Positions 19,481-28,929 of a stretch of 64,000 nt of DNA are shown here, one piece after another; position 1 is the stretch's first letter; each line of letters opens with the position of its first letter. The notes under the pieces were generated by a model. That model did no database searches and was not told the origin of the DNA. It saw only the letters and a program-made list of their open reading frames with translations. The stretch is from NCBI GenBank assembly GCA_020637495.1, contig JACJVV010000001.1:366232-430231 (forward strand), given 5' to 3'. The position numbers were made by a program, and so were the translations under genes. This DNA is from Candidatus Woesearchaeota archaeon. Its GTDB lineage: Archaea > Nanobdellota > Nanobdellia > Woesearchaeales > JACJVV01.

Positions 19481-20098
19481 TTGATGATGGCTTGGAAAAA
19501 ACTGCTCGACACAAAAGATGTAATCGCCTATGAGAAAAAGGCCAAGGACAAGAAGATAAGGATTGAAGCAAGATTTAGGAAGAACAGGTGGAGAGTATAC
19601 AAGACATATAATTTTCAAGAGAATGGTGAATGGGTCAGCCATGTCAATGAATATATAGCCGCATCATTGGATGAGACGCAGCAGCTGCTCCTCGAATTGA
19701 AGGGTGAGCAGGATATTGAACTGGATGATGTGAATTCAACTTCTAATGTCATACTTGAGCTAGAGAGATGCTATAAGGAAGAGTTTGTCGAGAAATGGAA
19801 GCTTAAAATCGATAATTTCAGCGATGATAATTATGTGCATGTAAGATTCGATGAGACGATAAAGCTTGACATAATACTTCATGACAGATATAACCAATTC
19901 GAAAAGCTGATTCTTGAGAAGATAATAAAATCCCTAGGACTTAGAGATATAAGCAACAGGATACAGTATGATTTCTTCTACTATAGGAAGCATTCTGCAA
20001 AACGTCGTGTCTATGAGAAACCAATGGACAGAGAGCTTATAGCACAGCTAGAATTCAACATAGATAATATGGATAATATCGATAATATAGATCCTTGA
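19481..20098 (+). CDS. Hypothetical protein (205 aa) ending in an NMDNIDNIDP repeat
   Basis: ORF with coding-like composition; no motif recognised. Confidence 0.4.
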   Translation: MMMAWKKLLDTKDVIAYEKKAKDKKIRIEARFRKNRWRVYKTYNFQENGEWVSHVNEYIAASLDETQQLLLELKGEQDIELDDVNSTSNVILELERCYKEEFVEKWKLKIDNFSDDNYVHVRFDETIKLDIILHDRYNQFEKLILEKIIKSLGLRDISNRIQYDFFYYRKHSAKRRVYEKPMDRELIAQLEFNIDNMDNIDNIDP

Positions 20099-20145
20099 TT
20101 GTATACGTGATTTAGAGATCTATGTAAAGAATAAAACGAATTGAG

Positions 20146-20838
20146 GTGTTAATATTGGCAAAAGCTAAATCTAAAAGTTCAAGCAATAAAAAAGCGAAAT
20201 CAAATGTAAAAGACAATACAAAGTCCTCTTCATCGGACAAGAAAGATTTGGAAAATAAATCCATAAAAAAGTCAAAACCAATAAAATCAAATACTATAGT
20301 CATAGCAATAATAATATTGATAATATTAGTTGTCTTTGGTTTCAGCATCGCAAATTCCGGGCCTAAAGCAAAGGCAGGGGATAAGGTTTCAGTGTGGTAT
20401 ACAGGAAAACTCCAATCAGGAGAGATATTCGATACCAATGTGGAAGAGATGGCTGAAGGTACTGACATAGTGAGAGAAAAGTTTGAGCCATTATCATTCA
20501 CAGTCGGTGCTGGCCAGATGATAAAAGGATTTGACAATGCTGTTGTCGGTATGAAAGTAGGCGAGAAGAAGACAGTGGAGCTTGCACCTGATGAGGCTTA
20601 TGGTTCATATAAGGCAGAATATGTTCAGACATTGCCATTAGCTGAATTTGAATCAACCTTCAAACCTGTTGATGATCTTGAAGAAGGAATGGTTCTTTAT
20701 TATCAATCACAAAATGGCAGGATTGGCTCTTTCATGATCAAAACAATCGGAAGGGATTTTGTTACCATCGATTTCAATCATGAACTTGCAGGCAAAAGTC
20801 TAATATTCGATATTGAGTTAGCATCAATAGATGAATAG
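20146..20838 (+). CDS. FKBP-type peptidyl-prolyl cis-trans isomerase, membrane-anchored with a K-rich N-terminus
   Basis: FKBP core (GDKVSVWYTGKL.SGEIFD...FTVGAGQMIKGFDNAVVGMKVGEKK) plus a SlyD-like insert-in-flap region; one TM helix after the Lys-rich N-terminus. Confidence 0.8.
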   Translation: MLILAKAKSKSSSNKKAKSNVKDNTKSSSSDKKDLENKSIKKSKPIKSNTIVIAIIILIILVVFGFSIANSGPKAKAGDKVSVWYTGKLQSGEIFDTNVEEMAEGTDIVREKFEPLSFTVGAGQMIKGFDNAVVGMKVGEKKTVELAPDEAYGSYKAEYVQTLPLAEFESTFKPVDDLEEGMVLYYQSQNGRIGSFMIKTIGRDFVTIDFNHELAGKSLIFDIELASIDE

Positions 20839-20879
20839 CGACCAAAAATAATTTTAATACTAAATGATGCAATGATCAA

Positions 20880-22829
20880 ATGCTTAAGAAGATAATCAAT
20901 TACATTGTCATTGCAACTTTTTTTCTTGTTCCTTTGATTATCTGGTTAAACCATTTCAAACCTTTTGTGTCAATGAAGGATTTTATCTTCATCCTTGGTT
21001 CTTTCTTATCTTTTGGTCTCCTATTGATCTATCTTGTGTTTACTGGGAAGTTTGTAATAAAAAAGCGAAGGATTTTTGGGGTTGTGTTGATATATCTTGT
21101 AATAAATCTATTATCTTTTCTTCTCTCTGATTATGCAGATGGAAAAGTCTTACTAATTCTGAGCTCTTTAATTGTTATGTTCTTTGTAGTAGCATACTCA
21201 TTTGATGAACAGTATAGGGACAAGCTTGTCTATGGCTTGTTCATTGTATCTTTTATTTCATCTATCTATGGTTTTTTCCAATTCTTCGGTGTTGATTATG
21301 GATTGTTCGTGAATTATTTCGGTTCTCGGACAGAATATGGGATGAGGATATTCACATTGTTCGGTAATCCTAATATTCTCGGTGGCTTTTGTGTCTTCAT
21401 GCTACCTGTGATAGTAGGTTACTGGATAAAGAACAGAGGAGATCTGAAAAGACAGATTATTTTTGCTATCTTATTCATACTTAATTTCCTATCTTTACTG
21501 ATGTCGCAGACTAGAGGTTCATGGATTGCATTCTTTGCATCCGTTATCCTCTTTATTGCTCTCTATTATCGGAGGTATGGCTTTACTTTTATCAAAAAAT
21601 ACAGAATAAGTCTCACAATAATCTGCTTGACCATCATAATTGCCTCTTTATTTGTAGGTTATTTCCTTCTCTCTTCTAAAGATTTCACTGATCCAACATC
21701 TGCAAACATAAGGCTATTCTATTATTCAAACACTTTGGATATGATCTCTGAATCTCCTTCCTCTCTATTATTTGGTCGAGGGATAGGATCATTCAATGTC
21801 TACTATCCTTTGTATCGTGATAATCGCGTTGCATACCATACAGGAGAGAAGAATGCGGAATATCGTGTCGAACATCCTCATAATGAGCATCTAGAGATAT
21901 TGAATGACGTAGGTATCTTTGGTTATCTTGTATTCTTGTGGATAATATTTGAAGCAGTCTATCGACTGTTGAAAAAGAAAGATGTGGTGAATCTTGGATT
22001 CTCTGTTGCAATATTAGCATTGCTCATAGATGGTATAATGTCACAGAATCTTCGGTTCATAACAATAAGCTCATTATTATGGGTATCTTTGGCTTTCAGC
22101 CAGATCAATGAACAGAAGAATGCTACAAAAATTAGATTAAGCATGATGAAGATAATCTTTTCAATCATTGTCCTTATCATCTGCCTTATCCCTGTAAACT
22201 CAGCATTTTCAGTTATGAGATCTGATGAAAGTCTCAAATTAGGTATTAGCTATTATATCAGCCAGGTCCCTGATAAAGCAATACAAAATTTTGAGCAAGT
22301 ACTCAAACTTGATAAGAATAATAAACGTGCATTGTATTATCTTGCTTCTTCATACTCTATCCAAGGAGAGGAGGAGAAGGCAATCTCTTCATATAGTAGA
22401 TTGCTTTCTATCGATCCAAATTTTATCCAAACCAATTATCGTCTTGGGGTGATCTATCTTGAACTGCAAGAATATGCTCTTGCTGAAGACTCAATGGAAA
22501 AGCAAATACGGGTTAATAACATGTATTGGCAAGCATATTATGCGCTTGCATATCTTCATGCAACGGATGACAAGAGCAAAGCTCTTCAAAATCTAGAAGA
22601 GATTGAGAAAATATCATCCATCCTTGATGTTGAGAATGCTTCTGGCATAGATCAGTATGCTATACCTGAATCAGATCATATAGAGATCCTTAAGCTACAA
22701 GCACAGCTTTATGCAGATATTGGTGACCTTAACAATAGCCTCAGGATATTGAAGATACTTGATAATTTGACAGATGATGAAGCTATTGATCAGAATATTG
22801 CTGAGATTGAGAAATTCTTTGATATTTGA
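20880..22829 (+). CDS. O-antigen ligase/polymerase-like (Wzy_C) polytopic membrane protein fused to C-terminal TPR repeats
   Basis: About 10 TM helices with a MSQTRGSWIAFFASVILF Wzy_C-like segment and a large loop; the C-terminal ~230 aa carry TPR-like repeats (KAIQNFEQVLKLDKNNKRALYYLASSY...). Confidence 0.5.
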   Translation: MLKKIINYIVIATFFLVPLIIWLNHFKPFVSMKDFIFILGSFLSFGLLLIYLVFTGKFVIKKRRIFGVVLIYLVINLLSFLLSDYADGKVLLILSSLIVMFFVVAYSFDEQYRDKLVYGLFIVSFISSIYGFFQFFGVDYGLFVNYFGSRTEYGMRIFTLFGNPNILGGFCVFMLPVIVGYWIKNRGDLKRQIIFAILFILNFLSLLMSQTRGSWIAFFASVILFIALYYRRYGFTFIKKYRISLTIICLTIIIASLFVGYFLLSSKDFTDPTSANIRLFYYSNTLDMISESPSSLLFGRGIGSFNVYYPLYRDNRVAYHTGEKNAEYRVEHPHNEHLEILNDVGIFGYLVFLWIIFEAVYRLLKKKDVVNLGFSVAILALLIDGIMSQNLRFITISSLLWVSLAFSQINEQKNATKIRLSMMKIIFSIIVLIICLIPVNSAFSVMRSDESLKLGISYYISQVPDKAIQNFEQVLKLDKNNKRALYYLASSYSIQGEEEKAISSYSRLLSIDPNFIQTNYRLGVIYLELQEYALAEDSMEKQIRVNNMYWQAYYALAYLHATDDKSKALQNLEEIEKISSILDVENASGIDQYAIPESDHIEILKLQAQLYADIGDLNNSLRILKILDNLTDDEAIDQNIAEIEKFFDI

Positions 22830-22867
22830 TTATATTGTCTGATTTTTATATCAATATCTAACGATAC

Positions 22868-22876
22868 CTTTAAAAA
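22868..22876 (+). promoter_or_regulatory. TATA box (TTTAAAAAG) ~25 bp upstream of the SRP RNA 5' end
   Basis: Spacing fits an archaeal promoter for an RNA gene. Confidence 0.4.
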
Positions 22877-22898
22877 GCATAATTCTTTCTTGTATATT

Positions 22899-23170
22899 GA
22901 GCGGAATATGTCGGGTAGGTAGCCTCTACCTCTGTTGCAAGCAGGCTTCATGGCAAGACTAGCGCCTGGTTTCGGCTTTAGGCCCTATGAAGGGTCTTTG
23001 CCTGGACGTTGAGAATCTGTCCTTCTGGACCGGATTGCATGGGAATCATGTCAGGGCAGGAATGCAGCAGCATTAACCTTGCAAACTGGTGTCTTAAGGG
23101 TTGCGGATTTGAGGAAAGGTGAAGGTAGCTTTTCATTGAGTTTACTGTCAATGCCAGGGTGTCCGCTCAC
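22899..23170 (+). ncRNA. ffs: Signal recognition particle RNA (7S/SRP RNA)
   Basis: A GC-rich island in AT-rich DNA. The 5' GAGCGGA pairs with the 3' UCCGCUC as a terminal helix. Helix-8 motif CAGGGCAGGAAUGCAGCAGCAUUAACC (GGAA tetraloop / AGCAGC asymmetric loop). 5' hairpins GGUAGGUAGCCUCUACC, and a T-run follows the 3' end. Confidence 0.7.
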
Positions 23171-23184
23171 TTTTTTCTTTAGAA

Positions 23185-23802
23185 TCAGATTGTAAAATAA
23201 TTCTTATTTCTTTCTGGTTTTTGTTTAAGCAATCTTTTTATCTCTTTTTGAGGTAATGTCCTATACATGCCAGCTAATGCAACAGATACTAAGACATCGA
23301 CCTTGTCATAATACTCTTTTGCTAATTCTGTTCCCTGTACATACGTATCTTGATGATGCCTTACGAGATCGGGATTTTTTAAGATATCCAACCTTCCTAG
23401 GATGATCTCTAAGTTTTTTTTGATGCTTTCATCAGGAAGCCTTTTATCATGCATAATTTCACCTACTACATCATATGCTTGATTATAATCAATTGGGTCT
23501 ATCACTACCAACTGTGGTCTCCCTTGCTCATGCAGCATCTCTGCAGCAAATGGTGCAAAACCAGCTATACCTGCTCCTAGTTCCATTACGCAATCCAATG
23601 TGGCCCAATTAAGATACTGAACCAATGTTGGATATACTTGAATTGTCCTTGATGTTGCCGTATATATCCTATCTTTAAAGCTAAAGCTTATCTCTAAAGG
23701 TTTTCTTGGGTCCCTCTGTTCCTTATCTTGATGGAAAACCACTGCATAATCTTCTGTTCCTGTATAAATCATACCTGAAGGCATTTTCTTGAATTTCAGC
23801 AT
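23185..23802 (-). CDS. Hypothetical protein, possible Rossmann/SAM-methyltransferase-like fold
   Basis: VMELGAGIAGFAP resembles a glycine-rich motif I; otherwise unrecognised. Confidence 0.3.
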   Translation of the reverse strand: MLKFKKMPSGMIYTGTEDYAVVFHQDKEQRDPRKPLEISFSFKDRIYTATSRTIQVYPTLVQYLNWATLDCVMELGAGIAGFAPFAAEMLHEQGRPQLVVIDPIDYNQAYDVVGEIMHDKRLPDESIKKNLEIILGRLDILKNPDLVRHHQDTYVQGTELAKEYYDKVDVLVSVALAGMYRTLPQKEIKRLLKQKPERNKNYFTI

Positions 23803-23873
23803 ATTTTCAAGATTCTTGGTAGAGTTATAAAAATATCGTAATATTTATTAAAATCTGAATTTAATGTAGAATT

Positions 23874-24683
23874 ATGACGTCAATAACATTCTTGGGGACT
23901 GGTGGAGACATATATGTCATATCAAAATGCATTAGGAATTCTTCAGGTATAATAATCAGACATGATGATCTGCAGTTCTTCATAGATCCAGGTCCAAATT
24001 CACTTCTTTCAGCAAAGAACAATGATATCAACATAAGAGCAACTACTGCTATCATCTGTACTTCCCCAAAGATAACCATGTCGAATGACGTTAATGCTGT
24101 CATTGCTGGAATGACCTACAATGGTGAAGACGTGAAGGGAGTAGTTGTCGGTACAAGAACAATGGTGGAGGGAAATGAGATGAACCAGCCATTGCTTCGA
24201 AAATTCTACAGAGAATGTGTCGAGAAAGTCATAATAGCTGAGCCTGAGAAGAAGATAGGCATCGAGAACATCGACATACATTTCACTGAGACAAGCACTG
24301 GAACAGATAACGTAGGATTGAAACTTTACATGCCTGATGTCACCATCGGCTATACTTCAAATACTGGCTACAGTGATAAGATTGCTAAGCAATATGAGAA
24401 ATGTGATATCCTCATACTCAATGTCCAGAATCCTTTTGGTATACAAAAGAAGAACAAGATGTCAAGCGATGATGCTGTGAAGTTCATCACTAAAATCAGG
24501 CCTCAACTTGCGATAATAACCCATTTCAGCAAAGAGATGCTGGAACAGGATCCAATACAGGAAGCGAGGACAATCCATTCAAAGACAGATTGCCAAGTCC
24601 TTGCAGCAGTAGATGGACAGACTATCTCTCCTTCAGGATATAATGCTAAAGGCAAACAAAAGCAGCTGAAGCAGTTCCAGTAG
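23874..24683 (+). CDS. MBL/RNase-Z-like fold protein lacking the canonical HxHxDH motif
   Basis: N-terminal FLGTGG and C-terminal AIITHFS segments resemble the RNase Z/MBL fold, but the motif-II histidines are absent. Confidence 0.3.
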   Translation: MTSITFLGTGGDIYVISKCIRNSSGIIIRHDDLQFFIDPGPNSLLSAKNNDINIRATTAIICTSPKITMSNDVNAVIAGMTYNGEDVKGVVVGTRTMVEGNEMNQPLLRKFYRECVEKVIIAEPEKKIGIENIDIHFTETSTGTDNVGLKLYMPDVTIGYTSNTGYSDKIAKQYEKCDILILNVQNPFGIQKKNKMSSDDAVKFITKIRPQLAIITHFSKEMLEQDPIQEARTIHSKTDCQVLAAVDGQTISPSGYNAKGKQKQLKQFQ

Positions 24684-24739
24684 AAAAATAGAAATCTTAA
24701 GGATAGCTATAGCATTGCAATTAGAGTTGACAAAAGAGT

Positions 24740-25648
24740 CTATGCAATGATGAGCACAATTCCCCATCCTATCAAACAGCCTATTGTTATGAAAGGCATT
24801 GCAGGGTAGAACTTGTTCTTCTTAGCCTTCAGGAACAGAATAGTTAATGCAATTGTTGAGAAGACTACTGGAATCAATGAATAAATGAACCCATACTCCT
24901 TCATCACAGCTCCTGCAAAGAAAAGCGGGAATGCCATATCTCCTCCACCAAGGACAGCAGTCTTGACCTTGTTCTTATCGCTTTTTGTGGAAAGCTTTGT
25001 CGTACTTGTAGAAGTCTTTGGAGGACGCAGATGTATGTGTTTCTTATATGGAAGGAAAGCACCTGCAAACAAGTTATGCTGTGTCTGGAATTTTGCCATG
25101 GTTATCATATGCTTTAACTTCCATACAGCAATCATATCATATGCTGCTATAAGTATCAATAGTAATGCAGCAAAGAATGTAGATAACATCTCATGGAACA
25201 GTACGGCGATGCCTCCATAGACAAGTATCTCTGTCAGATTGTGTATAATCGTATTTGGGTGGAACATCCTCCAGTAAGTCACAATAAATGCAATGATGAC
25301 TGCACTATTCTGTCCGATATATGCAGCTAATGCAAGGACCAATCCTATGAATATAGCAAAAAAGAACCATATCCTAGTTATTATAGTGCTCTTAATCTTT
25401 ATCAGGAACAGAAGAAGCAGGGTTCCTATTATAATAGCTGTGAATATGTAAATCCAGGCTTCACTTTCACTCACTTCAGGTCTTTCAAGAAGAAGAGGAA
25501 GGTCCTCATATTCTATATTACCACTTTCATCATGTCCAAAATACTGGCTGATCGTGAATAATCCGATCAGCTGAGACAATAAAAATATTGTCAATATCAC
25601 CACAGTTGTCTGGACATTATGCTTCATGTTTTTCACTATGAGGAACAA
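24740..25648 (-). CDS. Presenilin/signal-peptide-peptidase homologue (A22 intramembrane aspartyl protease)
   Basis: Polytopic, with YD (AAYDMIAVW), GxGD (LGGGDMAFP) and a PAL-like (PAMP) motif in the expected order. Confidence 0.6.
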   Translation of the reverse strand: MFLIVKNMKHNVQTTVVILTIFLLSQLIGLFTISQYFGHDESGNIEYEDLPLLLERPEVSESEAWIYIFTAIIIGTLLLLFLIKIKSTIITRIWFFFAIFIGLVLALAAYIGQNSAVIIAFIVTYWRMFHPNTIIHNLTEILVYGGIAVLFHEMLSTFFAALLLILIAAYDMIAVWKLKHMITMAKFQTQHNLFAGAFLPYKKHIHLRPPKTSTSTTKLSTKSDKNKVKTAVLGGGDMAFPLFFAGAVMKEYGFIYSLIPVVFSTIALTILFLKAKKNKFYPAMPFITIGCLIGWGIVLIIA

Positions 25649-26151
25649 TGTTTATAAAACTTTATTCTACTCCCTCAATAATGGTCGTAAACAAACTATT
25701 CCATAATGTACATGCAAGCGTCTTCATTAAAGAGGAGGAAGACTATGACGCAATTAAGGCAGGTTTCCTGAAAATATTTCCATGGAATCTAAGGGATGCA
25801 AAGATTCTCTTGATGGAGAAATCAGTCTCAACATTCAATGAACGGAAGATAAGCATTTTGGAAGTTACAGTCGAGAGGAATAGGCAGATCAATGAGCTGA
25901 TTGCTCATATTCTAAGTAAGCTTTCCCATTCTAATATTATGATGCTCCTGGAGCAGTTACCTACACGAGTTGATGATGATGGCAATTTCTTCTTCAGGCT
26001 TTCCAAAAGCAGAATTCTACAGGAGAAACCAGAATATATGATAGTGGATGATGGTGATTGCTATCATTTCAAATGCCATGTTGCAAGCTTTCCTCAAAGC
26101 AAAGAGAATTCCATTAAAATAGTGCAAGAATATCTATCATCATCCAATTAA
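25648..26151 (+). CDS. Hypothetical protein (167 aa)
   Basis: No motif recognised with confidence. Confidence 0.35.
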   Translation: MFIKLYSTPSIMVVNKLFHNVHASVFIKEEEDYDAIKAGFLKIFPWNLRDAKILLMEKSVSTFNERKISILEVTVERNRQINELIAHILSKLSHSNIMMLLEQLPTRVDDDGNFFFRLSKSRILQEKPEYMIVDDGDCYHFKCHVASFPQSKENSIKIVQEYLSSSN

Positions 26152-26166
26152 TATCACTACTCTCTA

Positions 26167-27321
26167 GTGGAAATGTTTATATATATCTATTTGATTCTAA
26201 TATGGATGAATGATACTCCAGGCGGAAAGCAGGCTTTTGAGACTAGGATAGATTCTTACAGTGAACCTCTCACAAAACCTTTTGCTATGAAACAGGAAAC
26301 CGATTGTGTCCGTTCTGATAGGGCTAAAGAGGTTTTTGAAAAAGGCATAATTGAAACTAAAGAGATACTTCTTTCTGAAAGGCCTACAAGAAGGATTGCT
26401 ATCCTAGGTGGTTGTTCTTTCCATGACCCTCATGGGGCTGATGAACTTACTGATAGATTAGTTGAATTCAAGAGAGAAGTTGAGAATGATTGGGTCATAG
26501 TTGAAAGGATAAATATGCTAAAACCTAGAACAAAGGAGACAACCAAGGATGATTGGGCAGGATATATGAGGGATCCACGTCTTGATGGAAGCATCGATAT
26601 CGAATTTGGAAGGAGACAAGGGAGAAAATTCTATCTGAATGTTCTTGAAAAAGGGCTTCCTATAGCTACTGAATATCTTGATACATTGACACCTCAGTTC
26701 ATTGATGACCTGATCTCTTATGCATGGATCGGCGCACGGTCAGCTTGTGACCCTATGTTAAGGCCTATGATGTCAGGAGTCACTGCAGTAGCAGGCATCA
26801 AGAATACATTGAGTGGTGATCATACTCAAACAATAAACAATATCCAAACAGTTTTCACTCCTTCACATTATCCAGGAGTCAATCATTCTGTAGAGGAATG
26901 TAAAGTCAATACACTCGGCAATGAGACTGCCCATCCGATTTTGAGAGGTTGGGAAGCAAAACCAAATTTCTATGCTGAAGACCTCAAGGAGATAGGAGCA
27001 ATGCAATCTGCTAGAGGTTTGCCTGTGGCTGTAATAGTCGATACTGCTCATGGGCACTGCTTGACCAGTAAAAAGAAGAAAAGCCCTAATGTCCAATATG
27101 ATCGTGTTGCTGAAGTCCTTACATTAATGAAACAAGCTTCAGATGATCCATACAGCCATCATATGATGGCAAGAGGTATAATGTCAGAAATAAATCTTCT
27201 TGAAGGTAACATGTCTCTGCAGGAATACAGAGAGAACCCTATCAAAGGCATGTCTATAACTGATCCATGCATGGCTTTTGATAAATTCAGGGAAGTTTTC
27301 CTTAAAACATGGTATGGATAA
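26167..27321 (+). CDS. 3-deoxy-7-phosphoheptulonate (DAHP) synthase, class I-alpha (AroG/AroF/AroH-like)
   Basis: GGCSFHDP (cf. GPCSIHDP), ...KPRT..., GLPIATEYLDTLTPQFIDDLISYAWIGARS (cf. E. coli [30 protein letters not shown]), DTAHGHC, IMSEINLLEGN and SITDPCMAFD align with AroG metal/PEP-binding residues. Confidence 0.8.
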   Translation: MEMFIYIYLILIWMNDTPGGKQAFETRIDSYSEPLTKPFAMKQETDCVRSDRAKEVFEKGIIETKEILLSERPTRRIAILGGCSFHDPHGADELTDRLVEFKREVENDWVIVERINMLKPRTKETTKDDWAGYMRDPRLDGSIDIEFGRRQGRKFYLNVLEKGLPIATEYLDTLTPQFIDDLISYAWIGARSACDPMLRPMMSGVTAVAGIKNTLSGDHTQTINNIQTVFTPSHYPGVNHSVEECKVNTLGNETAHPILRGWEAKPNFYAEDLKEIGAMQSARGLPVAVIVDTAHGHCLTSKKKKSPNVQYDRVAEVLTLMKQASDDPYSHHMMARGIMSEINLLEGNMSLQEYRENPIKGMSITDPCMAFDKFREVFLKTWYG

Positions 27322-27374
27322 GGTAAAGCTATTCTGTAAAAACTTTTATATAGCATTCTTTTTTCCTGGATATT

Positions 27375-28463
27375 ATGGAAATAGAAGAAAGATTAAACCT
27401 GATCAAGCAAGTCGGCGAGGAGATAATAGGTGAAGATGAGCTGGTCGAACTCCTAAAAGAAAGGTCAAGATCCGGAAAGAAGATCATAGCTTATGATGGC
27501 TTTGAGCCAAGTGGGCGTATTCATATTGCTCAAGGCATCCTCCGAGCAATAAATGTCAACAAGCTTACAAAAGCAGGTGTGCATTTCAAATTCTGGGTAG
27601 CAGACTGGTTCGCCTTGATGAACAATAAGATGGACGGAGACCTTGAGAAGATAAAGATCACAGGAAAATATTTCATCGAAGTATGGAAGGCTTGTGGGAT
27701 GGACATGAAGAATGTTGAATTCCTATGGGCTTCTGACGTCATGAATGATAGTGATTATTGGCTTAAAGTCGTAAACATTGCAAGAGCAAACACTGTAACA
27801 AGGATCACAAGATGTGCACAGATCATGGGCAGGAGCGAGAATGAAAGTCTTTCTGCTGCACAGATATTCTATCCATGCATGCAATGTGCAGACATATTCC
27901 ATCTTGATGCAGACATAGCACAGCTTGGACTTGACCAGAGAAAAGTCAATGTCCTTGCACGAGAAGTCGCGCCAAAACTAGGGTTCAAGAAACCGATCGT
28001 CGTCTCACATCATATGCTTATGGGTCTTGGAGAACCTCCGAAAAGCGATGCAAAAGGTGCTGAGGCAGCAATAGCGAAAAAGATGAGCAAGAGCAATCCT
28101 GACACTGCTATATTCATGACAGATACGCTTGATGATATAAAGAGAAAGATAAAGAAAGCTTATTGTCCCGAGGGTATCATTGAGGATAATCCTATACTTG
28201 AATATTGCAAGTACATAATATTTGAGAAGTTTGATTCAATTAAGATTGAAAGACCTGAGAAGTTTGGAGGTAATCTTGAATTCTCAAGCTATGAAGAACT
28301 AGAGAAAAGCTTCTCTTCAAAATCACTGCATCCGATGGATCTTAAGCAGGCTGTCGTAAATTACATAGATGAGATCATAGATCCAGTAAGGGAGCATTTT
28401 GAGAAAGATGCAGTAGCTAAGAAACTTAAGGAGCAGGTAGACGGTTTCAAGGTTACAAAATGA
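27375..28463 (+). CDS. tyrS: Tyrosyl-tRNA synthetase (archaeal type)
   Basis: YDGFEPSGRIHIAQG, KMSKS and a C-terminal IKKAYCPEGIIEDNPILEY...ERPEKFGGNLEFSSYEELE segment closely parallel M. jannaschii TyrRS. Confidence 0.88.
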   Translation: MEIEERLNLIKQVGEEIIGEDELVELLKERSRSGKKIIAYDGFEPSGRIHIAQGILRAINVNKLTKAGVHFKFWVADWFALMNNKMDGDLEKIKITGKYFIEVWKACGMDMKNVEFLWASDVMNDSDYWLKVVNIARANTVTRITRCAQIMGRSENESLSAAQIFYPCMQCADIFHLDADIAQLGLDQRKVNVLAREVAPKLGFKKPIVVSHHMLMGLGEPPKSDAKGAEAAIAKKMSKSNPDTAIFMTDTLDDIKRKIKKAYCPEGIIEDNPILEYCKYIIFEKFDSIKIERPEKFGGNLEFSSYEELEKSFSSKSLHPMDLKQAVVNYIDEIIDPVREHFEKDAVAKKLKEQVDGFKVTK

Positions 28464-28490
28464 GTCTTAAGATTTATTCTCGGTGATATC

Positions 28491-28889
28491 ATGACACAAT
28501 TCGTTGCACTTTTATCTACAGGAAAAGGTACGTGGGCTGAAGTAGCAGGACTAATAAATAAGGAGGGGTTTAATGAGATATATATACTTACCAACGCATT
28601 TGGAAAGGATAAGTTCACTAACCTACCGAACAAGAAAGTCGAAGTGTTTGCATTTGATTTTGAGAAGGATATCAAAATGTTGACAAAAGATTTTGTTTCT
28701 GCTTTACGAGGACATGTCAAGTTTGGAGATTTAGCTGTGAATATCAGTAGCGGTGGCGGGAAAGAGCACATGGCTCTCATATCTGCATTGTTAAGCCTTG
28801 GTGTAGGTCTTAGATTTGTGACATTGCAGAACGGTACTGTATCTGAAGTCACTCCATCGTTTGATTCTGAGACTGGCAGATTGAAATAA
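28491..28889 (+). CDS. Hypothetical small alpha/beta protein (132 aa)
   Basis: Alternating beta/alpha pattern with a glycine-rich SSGGGKEH loop; not assignable to a family. Confidence 0.35.
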   Translation: MTQFVALLSTGKGTWAEVAGLINKEGFNEIYILTNAFGKDKFTNLPNKKVEVFAFDFEKDIKMLTKDFVSALRGHVKFGDLAVNISSGGGKEHMALISALLSLGVGLRFVTLQNGTVSEVTPSFDSETGRLK

Positions 28890-28929
28890 TGAAGTATACT
28901 TCAAGATTGAGAATTCTATTTATTTTCCA

